A stretch of 63,893 nt of DNA, counting the filler, from Octopus bimaculoides (taxonomy: Eukaryota): the NCBI RefSeq assembly GCF_001194135.2. It is 4 parts of 3 records of this genome, joined end to end, with 100 filler letters (N's around TTAATTAATTAA, not from the genome) between each part and the next. Parts side by side here need not be neighbours in the genome. Positions count along the whole stretch, not along the records: positions 1 to 26,640 come from NC_068989.1; positions 26,741 to 45,930 come from NC_068985.1; 2 more parts are not named here. One strand, 5' to 3'. The notes under the pieces are model-generated. The model had not been told where the DNA came from. It ran no database searches and saw nothing but the letters and a program-made list of their open reading frames with translations. Numbering within the stretch: position 1 is the first letter of the stretch; each line of letters begins with the position of its first letter. Of the stretch, positions 22,564 to 35,837 are shown piece by piece. The translations under genes were made by a program, and so were the position numbers.

Positions 22564-25440
22564 CTGTAAAATAAGAAAAGAAGTTAATAGCTGTGCGAAC
22601 ACAAATCTAATTTCAAACATATACGAGGAATAGTATTTGAAATACGAAAGTGAAATCATTTAACATTAAATCTTGTGTAAAAACAACTTGCCACTGCTGT
22701 TTTCGATCGAGAGATAACTAATTTGATCTAATTAGTTGCAGTAACAGGAGTGTACTTGAAAGGGTTAAGATACATTGAATAAAATGCAGTAGCTTAATTA
22801 AAAATATTATGGCTCTGGATTTACGGAAGGAACCAAAATCCATTTTCATTTATCGAAGAATCAACTCATGAACGTCATAAAACTGATGTGCTTGTAAATG
22901 TGGTACTTCTTCCATAAGCACAAAGAATGCAAACTTCTTTTTTAGAAATAATTCCTTCTCTAGCAACAACAACTAGCGAAAGTTTTATAATATTACTGAA
23001 TTATTTTAGCGACGTGCAACAATGATATAAAAAAATTCATGGACGGAACAAACAATGTTAGTAGGCAACAAAATTCGTTGTTTTCGTCAACCCAAATATT
23101 ACATTTGTAAAATATACGCCACTGCCTGTCTTCATGCTCCCTAAATGCTTGCTTGTTTTAACATTCTATTATCAGGAATTGAAAATTAGTTTGGTTTTAT
23201 TGCTCATCATCCAGATGATTATAAGAATATTTATTCAGTTTATTTGTTCAGTAACTAATAATAAAAATACATGCCACTAAAACTTTCTCAGTCCATACAC
23301 GATTCATTGGCTGAAAATGTATATAAATAACCCTGTTGTAATGGGAGGAGCTCAAAATACGCTTTATGCTAATTGTTGTAAAGGAAAATAATTTTATGGC
23401 GTGTCATCTAATATACTTCAAGACAAATCCAATCACCGTTATCATAATTTACTCATATCGCATAATGTCTTAAAGTGAGCAAGAATAAAGGAAATAATAA
23501 AAATAAGTACAGATGTTGGAGAGGTTACTAATATGTCCCTCACTAATGCATTTAGTATCTGCCAGTACAGGTATACCAGTCAAATCTACAGCTTGAAGAA
23601 TAATTATATTATTTTTTTATTTCTATCGTGTAGTCGACGCTTTGGTCTTTGTAACTTGTATTACATTCTTCACAATAAAAAGACATCTATTCACTCACCA
23701 TAGTCCTTTATTTCACTACAGCAGTTAGTTTTCACACAGTAAAACCTATCTCTCTTTATATATGGTTGAATATGACAAACGGAAAATATTTTGTAAATGG
23801 ATGATATCAGTAACTTCTACTAATTATTATAAAACAGTATAATACTTGTCATGGGTTCTTTCTTGCATTATATAAATATTTATGTTTCTAAACAAAAATA
23901 TAATATTACCTTCTTCGCCTATACATAAATGAGTGCAACTAATGGGGATAATGTGCAGCATGCTGTTTCTACGGAGCAGAGGTCGTATAGCAGTTGCATA
24001 AGATACCAGAAGACACTACATATTTGTGAGTAATTATTGCTCTTCTAGAATGATGAGATTTATATGGCTAATGTTCAGCTTGAACTGTTATAGATTGATG
24101 TATGTGGAAAGTAATGATGGTAAAAAGGGGATTACAGTTCTGGAAAGTTATGATTAAGAAAAGTATTTAGTATGGGATGTGGAGCTGGATGAGAAACAGT
24201 AGGATGGACTAGAGATGTGAGAATGCATCGAATAAGCTTAGATAGAGATGATATATAACTTGCTAATTAAGAAGAGCTGGAGTAGTAGGAGAAGACGCTG
24301 AGAGGGACAGGGAGAGAGAGAGTGAGAGAGAGAGAGAGAGAGGAACAATGTGACTGGTAGCGAATTGTGTAAATGTGTTAATACGTGAAACGTTGGTATT
24401 AGGTTATGTCCTTTCATTTTGGTCTTCGATATATGCGCTTACGATTATCTTAGTGCACACCAACAATACCAGCATAGTTATTTTAGCAATGCAATCTAAT
24501 GAGAGTCACACTTTGTAAAAGGTTACCAACTAACAAAAGCCCAAGCCTGTCTTGTTCTGAACGCCTATTTTGGTGGGATGCGGTAATAAGATTTTGTATG
24601 TAATACTGCTAAGGGAAATTATCAGCGACTTTAAAGTATTCATGGTTATGTTCCTCAAGCTTTTAGTGAGTCATTCCAAGTGTCTTTTTTTGATAAGTAT
24701 AATCAGTGTCATTTAAAGCACAACAAAGTTGAAATGTATGGGTCGGAGAAAAGGCTACTAGCCCAAGTTTCAATACTACAGTCTGGGGAAAAGTTTTGAG
24801 AAAATGATGAGTTCATAGCCAGACAAGGTTTCCATTTTAGAGACTTTCAAAGACTGTTGGGTTACAATATTGCTTTCAATGAAGTTTTTAACAGTGAGCA
24901 GCCACGCTGTGAGATGCGAGAGAGCAAGTCTCCAATAGATTTGGCTCTACGGTTGCTAAGGAGGAAGAGAGTGATGGGTTAATTTATTGTATATAATTTG
25001 GTGTCATTTCTTATGACTTGTATGTGGTTGTTTACGACAGGATGTTGCTTGTGCTCTTTTTGACCTTGGGCACACTGTGACAAGTCGTGAATCTGCTAGT
25101 CATAAAATCAATTGACCGAAATTATTACAAATGAAACGTGTAACCTGAAATGCTAAGTGTACATGTTAACATATTTATGTATTATGAGTTGCATCAGGAA
25201 AATATGTTCTATTTCTGCTGATGATTAATCGTTCATCTTTTACTAGTTGGGAGAAAAAAATACATAAAGAAATTGACTCAAATTCTGCCCATATTATAAA
25301 ACCTATGTTCAGAACAAGAATAATAGGTTATGAATTAAAGAACCGCACCAAGATCTCAGCAACAAAGAATACTCATAATATAAATTGAAATAGAAAATGC
25401 TCTGCTGCTATATTAAGAATCTATTTTTTTAAAAACTTAC

Positions 25441-25568
25441 TATGTGATCAAATATCATTTTTGTCGGATTTCTTAAGGATCTTAAAGTGAGAGGAAATGA
25501 CAGATGTTTTTCAACGAGGTCTGATATATTTTCGCTTGTGCATATACCCGCAGCTAATGTTCTGACTT
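25441..25568 (-). other. Candidate exon (128 nt; one open frame, phase 1 to 0)
   Basis: Acceptor ttagtttttctgctttag|, donor ATA|gtaagt; open frame (x)VRTLAAGICTSENISDLVEKHLSFPLTLRSLRNPTKMIFDHI. Confidence 0.55.
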
Positions 25569-26640
25569 CTAAAGCAGAAAAACTAATAACATTCTTGTAA
25601 ATAACGAAGTCTTTCAAAGAAAGTGGAAATGGTAGGATTAATGAATGTCTATAGAATTGACGGTTTTCCCTCGTTTTCTCACATTTGTAACAGATGTCCG
25701 TTCCATTTATCCTTAACATAATTTTCCTCGTTACACATAAATTAAAACACGCGATCGTAGTTCTGATAATGATTTTCTTCTATTTCTGCTGCACTCAAAC
25801 TGATTATCGTTAAATTCCAGATAAAATTTTTCAAAGATTTTCTCAAAATACTATGCAGAAATGTGATAAGCTGAAGAGTACTGGAATGCTTAATCAGAAA
25901 GGTGAGAGACATGTCTTATGCTTTCGATTCTAAATTGTTAAGCTCAAAGTTGAGACATGGGGATTAAGCATTTTATGTCGTTAAAATTATGGATCATATT
26001 TCATCATGTGCAACTTTATGGATAGCACTATCTATTTAGCATTTGTTGCTTCACATTTTACAATGAAGCAAAGAACGAAAGTAAAGTTATGCTAACGGAA
26101 TATGCTTGCTTCTAGACCGAACGTCAAATCACGACCATTAGAATAGCAATGCAATAAGGTTAAACGACATTATTTAATGCAAGCTAGCTATTTCTAATCT
26201 CTTCAGCGACAAGTTTGCTGTCAAAGCGCTTCACGTCACATCAGCACTCATTCATCAACTCAAGCGTACTATATATTTATATTATGTTTCCTGCTATGTC
26301 CGTTAACTGTGGTAAACTTTAACTACACACGCTCACATATTATTATACAGATAATGCCGTCTATCACTACTTCTCAGCTTGTACAATGTAATCATACACA
26401 TACTGTGAATAAAAGATGCAAAGATCAAGATGCAGCAATTTTAACTATATAATGGTACAAACTTTGATTAACAGCTCTATGGTGGATATATCAAAGGAAC
26501 AAAATATAGATGCTATCAAAGTTAATTATCCATACTCACACACAGACTCGATCAAACACACTCACACACACAAACAAACACACACGCAAACACCCATTAT
26601 ATATATATATATATTGAATATATATATATATATATATATA

Positions 26641-26740
26641 NNNNNNNNNNNNNNNNNNNNNNNNNNNNNNNNNNNNNNNNNNNNTTAATTAATTAANNNN
26701 NNNNNNNNNNNNNNNNNNNNNNNNNNNNNNNNNNNNNNNN
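26641..26740. other. Artificial 100-bp scaffolding linker N44-TTAATTAATTAA-N44 (also 45931-46030 and 58244-58343)
   Basis: Identical geometry at three sites; TTAATTAATTAA gives stops in all six frames. Confidence 0.97.
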
Positions 26741-27015
26741 TTCATACACTGTTTTTAACACTGTTTTTAACAATTTCACCTTAATATCAGAGAATGTGTG
26801 ACAATCAGTATGTAACACTACAAAGTTCATACAAAGCTTTATACTTTAAATATATTTTATCATCAAAAAATGTATATATGCATTTTAATACTCAAACTGT
26901 TTTTTAACATTTTTTATTATTCTCAAAGAGTTTTGATAATCGTTCTCTAAAAAAGTGAAACCGGTTAAGTAAATAAATATTTTAAAAAAATAAGTGCATT
27001 TTCAAACCTTCTTTC

Positions 27016-27086
<71 letters not shown>

Positions 27087-28335
27087 CATACATATATGCT
27101 AAATACACTGCTAGTATGCATTACATCTAGCTTAAACACCATACGTAATGTCATTGAGTCCACGATACTTTTCTGATTCTGTTACACATATTTGAGTGCC
27201 TAGTCCGACAAATATTCTTTTCTAAGTATCAAGTATATTATTTCTAATCCACATTCTTACTCCATCCGAACACACCCACCCACTAATGAACAGAACTAAA
27301 ACCGACTCTTAACTTAATAAATGATGTACATGTGTGTCTGTTTCATTAGACCACAGAATTAAATGTGCCTGGTTTCACCAGCACGGACATAAGAAAACAC
27401 ACTACAGTACATATGACGTTCTACTAGATAATTATTAAAACTCTGCAAACAGAAACAAATAACACAATAAAGGTAAGACAGATGCACACCTTAAAAATCG
27501 ATGAGACGGTTCAACGTTGACCGTAAAATAACACAGCCTTCTTTTCCATGAATAACTGACATGCAGAATTATATTTACAAATAAGAGTTTATGATACCTT
27601 TAACACAATATATGATACATTTAAAAGAGCATTCTACGAATTTTCATTCAATACATTAAACTATGTGGCTTCAGGCTTCAAAACGTGCAAGCATGCGTAT
27701 GCTTGTAGTGACAAGTAATCAACATAGAAAGAAACCCTCATATTTCTGAAATGAGATTTGCAATTTCTAATTTATAGGTTTTTGTTATTGACTCATTTAC
27801 AGGACATTAGTTGGCTTCGTATAATCATGGCTCAACTTGTGGCAGAGCTAAACAATATCTACATAAACTGTGTTCATTATCGTGAAGGATACCTCTGAAT
27901 TCGTGGTTGCTATGCAGAAAATTTGTGCATCGGGAGCGGGCGACGCACACATTCATCTAACTGTGCGGCTAACGGGTTAATAATGTTATGTGCTCAAACG
28001 AATACTTATAATTGGATTGTTTAATGCGAAGACATAAACAATACGGCGGAAAGAGTTATCCTAGAAATATCAAGCGGACGTCACGATTGCGCACATACTG
28101 GGATGTTGACCAGTCTATATAAGTGCAAATTCAAAAATATCATTTCTCCTCGAACATGTGCTTTAAAGATTTCTGTATGTGTTCTTGATGTAGCAAAATG
28201 AAAAAAAAATGATTATTATTGTCATACAATTGTTAACGTAACTGTTGCTGCTGTTAATAACGTTGTGGTTTTTGCTAAACACTATTGCCGCTTTAGACAT
28301 ACACACACACATACATACTTATATGTGTGTGTGTG

Positions 28336-28370
<35 letters not shown>

Positions 28371-28959
28371 CGTTTTAGTCTTGCTTTCTTAAGTTTTAAT
28401 TTATATCACATTCGTTCTGCAATTTCCCTCAAGATTTAATCATGAAATTGAATGATTTGTCAGACTTTCTCTCAAAAAGAACCAGCAATACTGACATGGT
28501 AGCCGAATTAGAAATAGAACCAACAATGCAGTAAGGGATGTGTGTAAACAATGAAATAAAAACATAGAAGCAAACATCTCAAACTGTTACCTCTAGGGTC
28601 ACTCTCCTTTCTCTCTTCTTCTCCTTCAGTATACTGGTGCATGCTCAGAGCACGCCTATTCAATCGCACTACCGTTGCCACTCTCATCCAGCTTTAAGTA
28701 ACTGACATAACGTGGGTCTGTAATTATTCAAATCATTCCTTTTTGAAGCATCCGTTAAGCACAGTACTGTTTGTTCGACAGTTATCCAATCAGAAATCTC
28801 TTCATTTGCGCTCATCGGTGCATTGTAGTTTTGCTATTCTTTCATTGCACCGTGTCAGCTTCTTGATCCTGAACCATCTTGTCTGGATGTTTTCCAATTA
28901 CTCATCCTCCTACTTGTCGTTCATTTCCTTCTTCAATTTTATTTATTTCTTATCCAGAC

Positions 28960-29366
28960 GCAGGAGTGGCTGTGTGGTAAGTAGCTTGCTTACCAACCAC
29001 ATGGTTCTGGGTTCAGTCCCACTGCGTGGCACCTTGCGCAAGTGTCTTCTACTATAGCCTTCAGCCGACCAAAGACTCGTGAGTGGATTTCGTAGACGGA
29101 AACTGAAAGAAGCCCGTCGTATATATGTATACATATATATATGTATGTGTGTATGTTTGTGTGTCTGTGTGTCCCCCCCCCCAACTTCGTTTGACAACCG
29201 AGGCTAGTGTGTTTACGTCCCCGTAACTTAGCGGTTCGGCAAAAAGTGACTGATAGAATAAGTACTAGGCTTACAAAGAATCAGTCCTGGGGTCGATTTG
29301 CTCGACTAAAAAGGGCGGTGCCCCAGCATGGCCGCAGTCAAATAACTGAAAGACGTAAAAGAGTAA
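28960..29366 (+). mobile_element. SINE family B, full length, tRNA-derived
   Basis: A-box tggctgtgtgg, B-box ggttcagtccc, internal (TA)/(TG) tract, tail ggcggtgccccagcatggccgcagtc…gtaaaagagt. Confidence 0.9.
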
Positions 29367-29479
29367 ATGAGACAACAAACAGACTTCTTCAAATTTTGTG
29401 GTCACTTATCCTTAGTATTATGTTGCTCCCCGTAAATAGTTTATGTAAAATATACTCGACTTTATGATTCTGTTATAAA

Positions 29480-29930
29480 AGTTTGGTGTGAGTTTTTTTC
29501 CCGCTTCTTGATAAAATGGCTTCTGAATAATTTGGAATGATCTATTTTAACTGAACAACTCCGTTCCTTGAACAAATCTTGTTGTTTTCTCCTTTCTCCC
29601 CAAATGCCCTTTTTTGGTTTTTCAATTACAGTATTCAGCACTTTTGTATCTGTAACAAATTTTTTTCTTTAGCTTGTCATTTATAACGATTCCTAAACGC
29701 ATATCTACTCCTTCTGTTCGATATCGATAAATCACCAACAAACTTACCAATATCTTTTAATAATCTGCTTTGTCAACATGCGTCTTTGTTTTGCATATTT
29801 CTCACAGCGTTTCTTCTTTCAGTGACAATATGTCCCATGTTTTCTTCAACTCTTCTACGAGCTGATTTGTAAAGCCTATCGGTTTTCGTTACGTTGTTTG
29901 TTCTTATGTGCTCCCAAATTTTGTTAAATG
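29480..29930 (-). mobile_element. Dong/R4-clade LINE remnant (pre-RT region)
   Basis: RFVQGTELFS*NRSFQIIQKPFYQE resembles the R4/Dong 'RY..R.EQF.QNRLFQ.NQK.FYQE' motif. Confidence 0.45.
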
Positions 29931-29934
29931 TCAT

Positions 29935-30225
<291 letters not shown>

Positions 30226-30789
30226 TCATTAGCATCTTCTTTCAATTCCGTTCCCATTCCTTGAGGAGAGTCTTCGTGACACCTAGGACAGAGACACTGT
30301 ACACATTGGTAGGCCATCAAAATAAGCACACCAGATTGTTCATTTACAGAGTCCTTTGACAGAGCAAAAGGGGGGAAAACAGAGAGTAAAAGGAAAAAAA
30401 TTGCTAAAATTGAAATAAAAGGGGAAAAGGAAAGAAAATTTACAGAGACGACGGTCTTCTGAATAAGTGTGACGTACTAATTAAGTCAATCTTTTGCAAT
30501 TCCTGCATGGCGAGTAAGCCAGGGATTATTCTTAAATAATTTTCAGTTCTTTTTTTGTTCATTCCAAGTGCTCCTAAAATCATTGGAATCGTAACCGTCT
30601 TGAGATGCCACATCTTTTCGATTTCGATTAACAGACTTTATATTTTCCGAGCTTATCAAATTCTTTATGGTTACACGCGCGCGCGCGCACATATGAATAT
30701 ATATGGGTATATATATATATATATATATATGTGTTTGTATATGCTCATGTCAATTATTAAATAGGCTTTATTGTTTTGGTGTTTCACAA

Positions 30790-30827
30790 CAATAGTAGTA
30801 GTAATAGCAGCAGCAGCAACAGCAGTG

Positions 30828-30862
<35 letters not shown>

Positions 30863-30863
30863 G

Positions 30864-30910
<47 letters not shown>

Positions 30911-30911
30911 G

Positions 30912-30956
<45 letters not shown>

Positions 30957-30980
30957 ATAGTAGCAGCAGCAGCAGCAGTC
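30790..30980. repeat. Compound (GTA)/(GTG)/(GCA) array
   Basis: Directly visible. Confidence 0.97.
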
Positions 30981-31079
30981 GTGTGCCTATTATAGAAAGG
31001 ATTCGTATCATTCCTTTAACTTGTATGAACTCCTGGAGTCTTGCATGAGTTGTCTGCTTGCTACCTCCAGTCAACGGTA

Positions 31080-31680
31080 CCGTGTTGTTTGTTCTCTTCA
31101 ACTATGTAATACATTCTTGATGATTCTGACTATACCAAGGAACCAAACATTTCGCAACATATTTTAGTAGTTTTTTACCCCTCAATATTTTCTAGTTCTT
31201 TATCATTCACTCGTACATCTGAGGCATTGCAATATCTATGATTTTGGTTTCATTCATCATTTGAGCAACTACAACACCGTCTAGTCTCAGAGCTTCATTC
31301 ACTCAGTCACACTGAACCGCAAAATCTCACAAGATTTTACACACATTATCTTCGTTGACACCTTTTTTTCTTATGTTCGTACCGTTTCAATGTCCCTTCA
31401 AGTCTGTTCTTCTCACCCAATCTCCAATAAACATAGCTTGCTCGTTATCATGTCTATTTTTATATTCCTTTTCTGTCAATTTGCTACACTCACTCACAAT
31501 ATTTTTTTGTTTGATGCCACACACCTTACAAAAAGGCGGCGATTCAATACTCCGGTGTAGTCAATTGTCAAAGCTTTTTCTTGGGCGATACAAATCAAAT
31601 GCATCAGTATATCCTTTCGTATAAGAATTCCTTAGCAACATCCTCGTGTTGGACTTGTCTTTCTCTTCTCTATTTCTCTG
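31080..31680 (-). mobile_element. Dong/R4-clade LINE 3' remnant (CCHC and REL endonuclease)
   Basis: CKVCG…VSECSKLTEKEYKNRHD, then KIL*DFAVQCD…ETKIIDIAMP/DVRVNDKELENIE. Confidence 0.75.
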
Positions 31681-32445
31681 AGTTACTGCCCTTGCATTAC
31701 TTTCACATTCCAGTTGCTCAGTCACTGGTCTCCAACTTGCTTCTTACGTTCATTTTTACTAGTATCACATTTTTACTAGTTATTGTGTTCATATTTCCAA
31801 CAGCAACAACCAAAAAAGTTATGCTGTTTAATTTGGTTAAATTCATTAGTTACTAAACACAATTAAAACTACTGCATCTATAGAAAGAGCATCATGTTTT
31901 CTTATATTTGTTATACTGTGAAATATGATAGACGTATGTAAATTTATCTTTGCTTCAGTTAAACAGATATAATCAATCGTGCTACAATGGTCAGACATCC
32001 TGCATTTGAATGTGATGGAAATAATAGTTATGAAGCAAGCAATGGTAAAGCAAGCGGTGGACAGTTCGAAGTAACTAGGTTAATCAGATAAAGAAAAAAG
32101 ATAAACACACTTGAAGGGGAAAGAGTTAGAAAAAATGTTTTAGTGTTTATTTAATAGGAATGGTTTTTCTTTGAAGTAAAGTGTTGAAAAAATTTCTAGT
32201 GCGTACCTTCGGTCTTCAGATTTGAATCTGTGTTTGAGCGCATTCAATTTGCTAGCGAATTACCTCTTTCGTTATTTGGACGGATGCCTGAGTAACTTGT
32301 TCTGGCGGATATATGTAGGTATTCATTCCTTTTTTTAATTTTTTTTACTTTTATTTATTTTCATTTATTTTCATTTAAGTTCTCACGTGGCTTTTGCAGC
32401 TGCCACGATGAAGAGATAGATAGATAACAGCTGTAATCTAATGAA

Positions 32446-32675
32446 AGGCGGCGAGCTCGCAGAAACGTTAGCTTGCCGGGCGAAATACTTAGCGGCATTT
32501 CGTCTGCCGCTACATTATGAGTTCAAGTTCCACCGAGGTCGACTTTGCCTTTCAACCTTTCTGGGTCGATTAAATAAGTACCAATTACGCACTGAGGTCG
32601 ATATAATCGACTTAATCCCTTTGTCTGTCCTTCTTTGTCACCCCTGTGTAGCCCCTTGTGGGCAGTAAAGAAATA
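32446..32675 (+). mobile_element. SINE family A, type-II tail, with 15-bp TSD
   Basis: agataacagctgtaa at 32422-32436 and 32676-32690. Confidence 0.92.
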
Positions 32676-33864
32676 AGATAACAGCTGTAAAACTAGATTG
32701 TTCACTGTTAAACTAGACGTTCACACTTAAAGTTCTTTTACTTGGTGGGGAAATTATGTAGAAAAGGATGAATATTGTGAAAGTACAATAAAATGCTAAA
32801 CGCAGCTTTCATATATTAAACCTTGTGCAAATTATTTCGGATAATATTGTTGCAGCAGGTTTCTTCTTATAGAAGCCTAGAGACGTGTAACACGTACACT
32901 TAAAAAGGTCTACTCGAAATTACCTTGTCTTGTGAGATTTGAAAATATTATAGCTTTTCCCTGTTTCCTCGTCCGCATGTGATTCGAACTAGAGAGGTCA
33001 TAATATCCTATTGTGATTTAAATGCATGCGTTCACAAACGACTCCTGGCAACGTTATTTTTCGTTTTTCAAAATCAGTTTCATTTATGTTTCTTATACTT
33101 TCCTGACCTTGATAACTAATCCTCTGTGACACCTTTTTTTGCGTCAGTATTGCCACCGGTGTCTACATTACCATTTACATCTAATCCTTGTAAAAATTGT
33201 TATTACTGAACATATAGGTGTTCATAAGTGTTCCTAAAATATAAGAGGTTTTCTATTTCCTTTACAATACTCCGAAGAAAGATGTTGGATTCCACTCTTG
33301 CGAGAATTGTTTTGTTCTTTTTTTCTTTATGAAATTGTCACCAACGTAACCAATACAAAATAGCATTTTCACATTAAAGCACAAATAAATTACTGTAAAA
33401 ATATTTCCATTTCTATAAAGTGGAGGTACGAGATAATTAATTATATTGTTGATGCTTTGTATAAAGTAAAAGAAATGAAATTAAAAAAATAATATAGTTC
33501 CTTTGGGCAAAACAAATTCTGTAACAAGTAAACAAGGGACTATTTAATTCAGGGATTAATAACGATGATGAAAATATAATTACTTTATATAATGATTTGA
33601 AAAGAATTACTATGTAATTATAATGACTCTTTTCATCTTACTTTTCATTATTTTAAAATAATACAAAATATTGTGCCTGTAAATATATTAATCTGATTAT
33701 ATAGCTGAATTGTGGTTAATACTTTAGGGAATGTAGATCAATCAATACAGATAAACAGATATACCTAGCAATACAATAGTCATAGTTATAGATATCATTT
33801 ATGCCTATGTGACCTGTTCATGCATAGACACGCACACATATGTATATATGTATGTATGTATGTA

Positions 33865-33917
<53 letters not shown>

Positions 33918-34164
33918 TTATATGTATATATATACATATATATATATATATGTTTATATATACATGTATATATGTATGTATNNNNNNNNNNTGTGTGTGT
34001 GTGTGTTTATATGTATATATATACATATATATATATATATGTTTATATATACATATATATATATTTATGTATATGTGTGTGTGTATATATACATATATAT
34101 ACATACATATATACATATATTTATATGCGTATCTATTTATTACTAGATAGCTTCTTGTCCCCTC

Positions 34165-35095
34165 TAACTATCATCTCAGAAATGCACTGTTACTTGCTTA
34201 TAGAAGACATGAAGGCTCTGCAGTCCCAGAGTCACAGCAATGAGAGACTTGAAGATTGATATGTGTAATGATGTATCATTTTAAATTTTCAATACTATGA
34301 TAGCAACTAACTGCAGACAACTGGCAGGATGGATAATAAGGCCCTTCAAGACAAGAGACCAAGAAGTTATGTTGAACCTTTGGTCTTTGCGGCTGGTCTA
34401 CTGCTCTCAGGTATGGTCACCGCATAGTGCTAAACTAACAGCAGGGCTTCAAGCGGTTCAACAGCATAGTACTAAAAAGATTGTACAGTGCAGCAGAAGA
34501 TTGTACAGTGCATCAGAAGATTGTACAGTGCAGCAGATAAGCTACTGGGAGAGGCTGAAAAAATTACGATTTTACTCCCTTTTGCGAAGACATGACAGGT
34601 TTGTAATAATCTACATATGGAAAACTTCGGAAGTACTAGCACCTAATTTAGGCATAGAGCGTAATACAAATACCCGAACTGGACGTCGTTGTATTGTAAC
34701 ATAGGGACTGTCCATTCCATCTAAATTCAGTTCAAGTACTGCTATAGCATAGATTTCAAAGGGTCACAGTTTATCAATACCCTGCTCTTAAAAATTATGC
34801 AAACTACACAATGTAAACTTGGATGACTTCAAAAAGGAAGTAGACATTCCTCTCGCTACAGGAACAGATAAACCAACGGTCCGGCAGTGGTGCAGATGAC
34901 GGTAACAATGTCAAATTCCCTCATACACCAAATGGGTTAACAACCAGGGCACAAACACATACACGAGTGGTGATAAGACACCTCACCCTCCTTGAGAAAG
35001 CAGCCACAGAAGAATTATACATAAAAGTGAAAAATTACGGTGGTGTCACATCACGACTGCATGACTGAAACTAACAAAAGAATATAAGAATATAA
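34165..35095 (+). mobile_element. CR1-clade LINE, 3' portion
   Basis: LAGWIIRPFKTRD…RLVYCSQVWSPH…ISYWERLKKLRFYSLLRRHDRFVIIYIWK; 3' UTR ends in aagaatat repeats. Confidence 0.85.
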
Positions 35096-35549
35096 AGATA
35101 TACATCTATATTTGCATTTGCGTAAATATACAGAAAATTATAAAATAATGCATCAAATTAACTTTCAATTGTTTCGAACGCTAACGTTTAATCAGAGCGG
35201 AGAAATTATATGAAATTTAAGTAAATGTTAAGTCGGTTAAGTTAATGTTTAAAGTAAAACAAAACATAAATATATGTGTATTTTTGTTATAATTATTTAA
35301 GTATAACTATCTCAGGATGACTAAATTATATATAAGAAATATCTACTGATAGAAATATGAAGAATGGAAAATTGAAATTAATGTGCAATATTGTAAAATT
35401 AATATCAGCAGTTTGGAGAGACTAACTAAGCGAGGTATATCATTAGTAAAATATATATGTAGAAGCTATGAGTCATACGCTGGCCGAAATTGCAACGAAA
35501 CAGTGACGATTTAGTGAATTATGCATTTCATAGGCTTAACACAATGCTG

Positions 35550-35740
35550 GAAATTTCGGAGTTGATGGCGAATCAATTACATCGAACTTAGCGCTCAACT
35601 CGTACGTAATTTATCAACCTCGAAAGAATAAAACGCGAAATCGGTCTCGGTGAAATTTGAACTCAGAACCTAAACACGGACGAAATGTTGCTAGAAATTT
35701 TACCCGGCAAGCAAACGATTTTGCCAGCTCACTACCTTAG
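35550..35740 (-). mobile_element. SINE family A, diverged
   Basis: …tcggtctcggtgaaatttgaactcagaacc…gccagctcactacc. Confidence 0.8.
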
Positions 35741-35760
35741 ATGAAGGATACGTTAAAATA

Positions 35761-35837
<77 letters not shown>

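Noticed and set aside
23900-25050. Penelope RT/GIY-YIG remnant on the minus strand
   Set aside because: Only faint peptide hints, and the apparent domain order is reversed; probably an old repeat, but the class cannot be supported.
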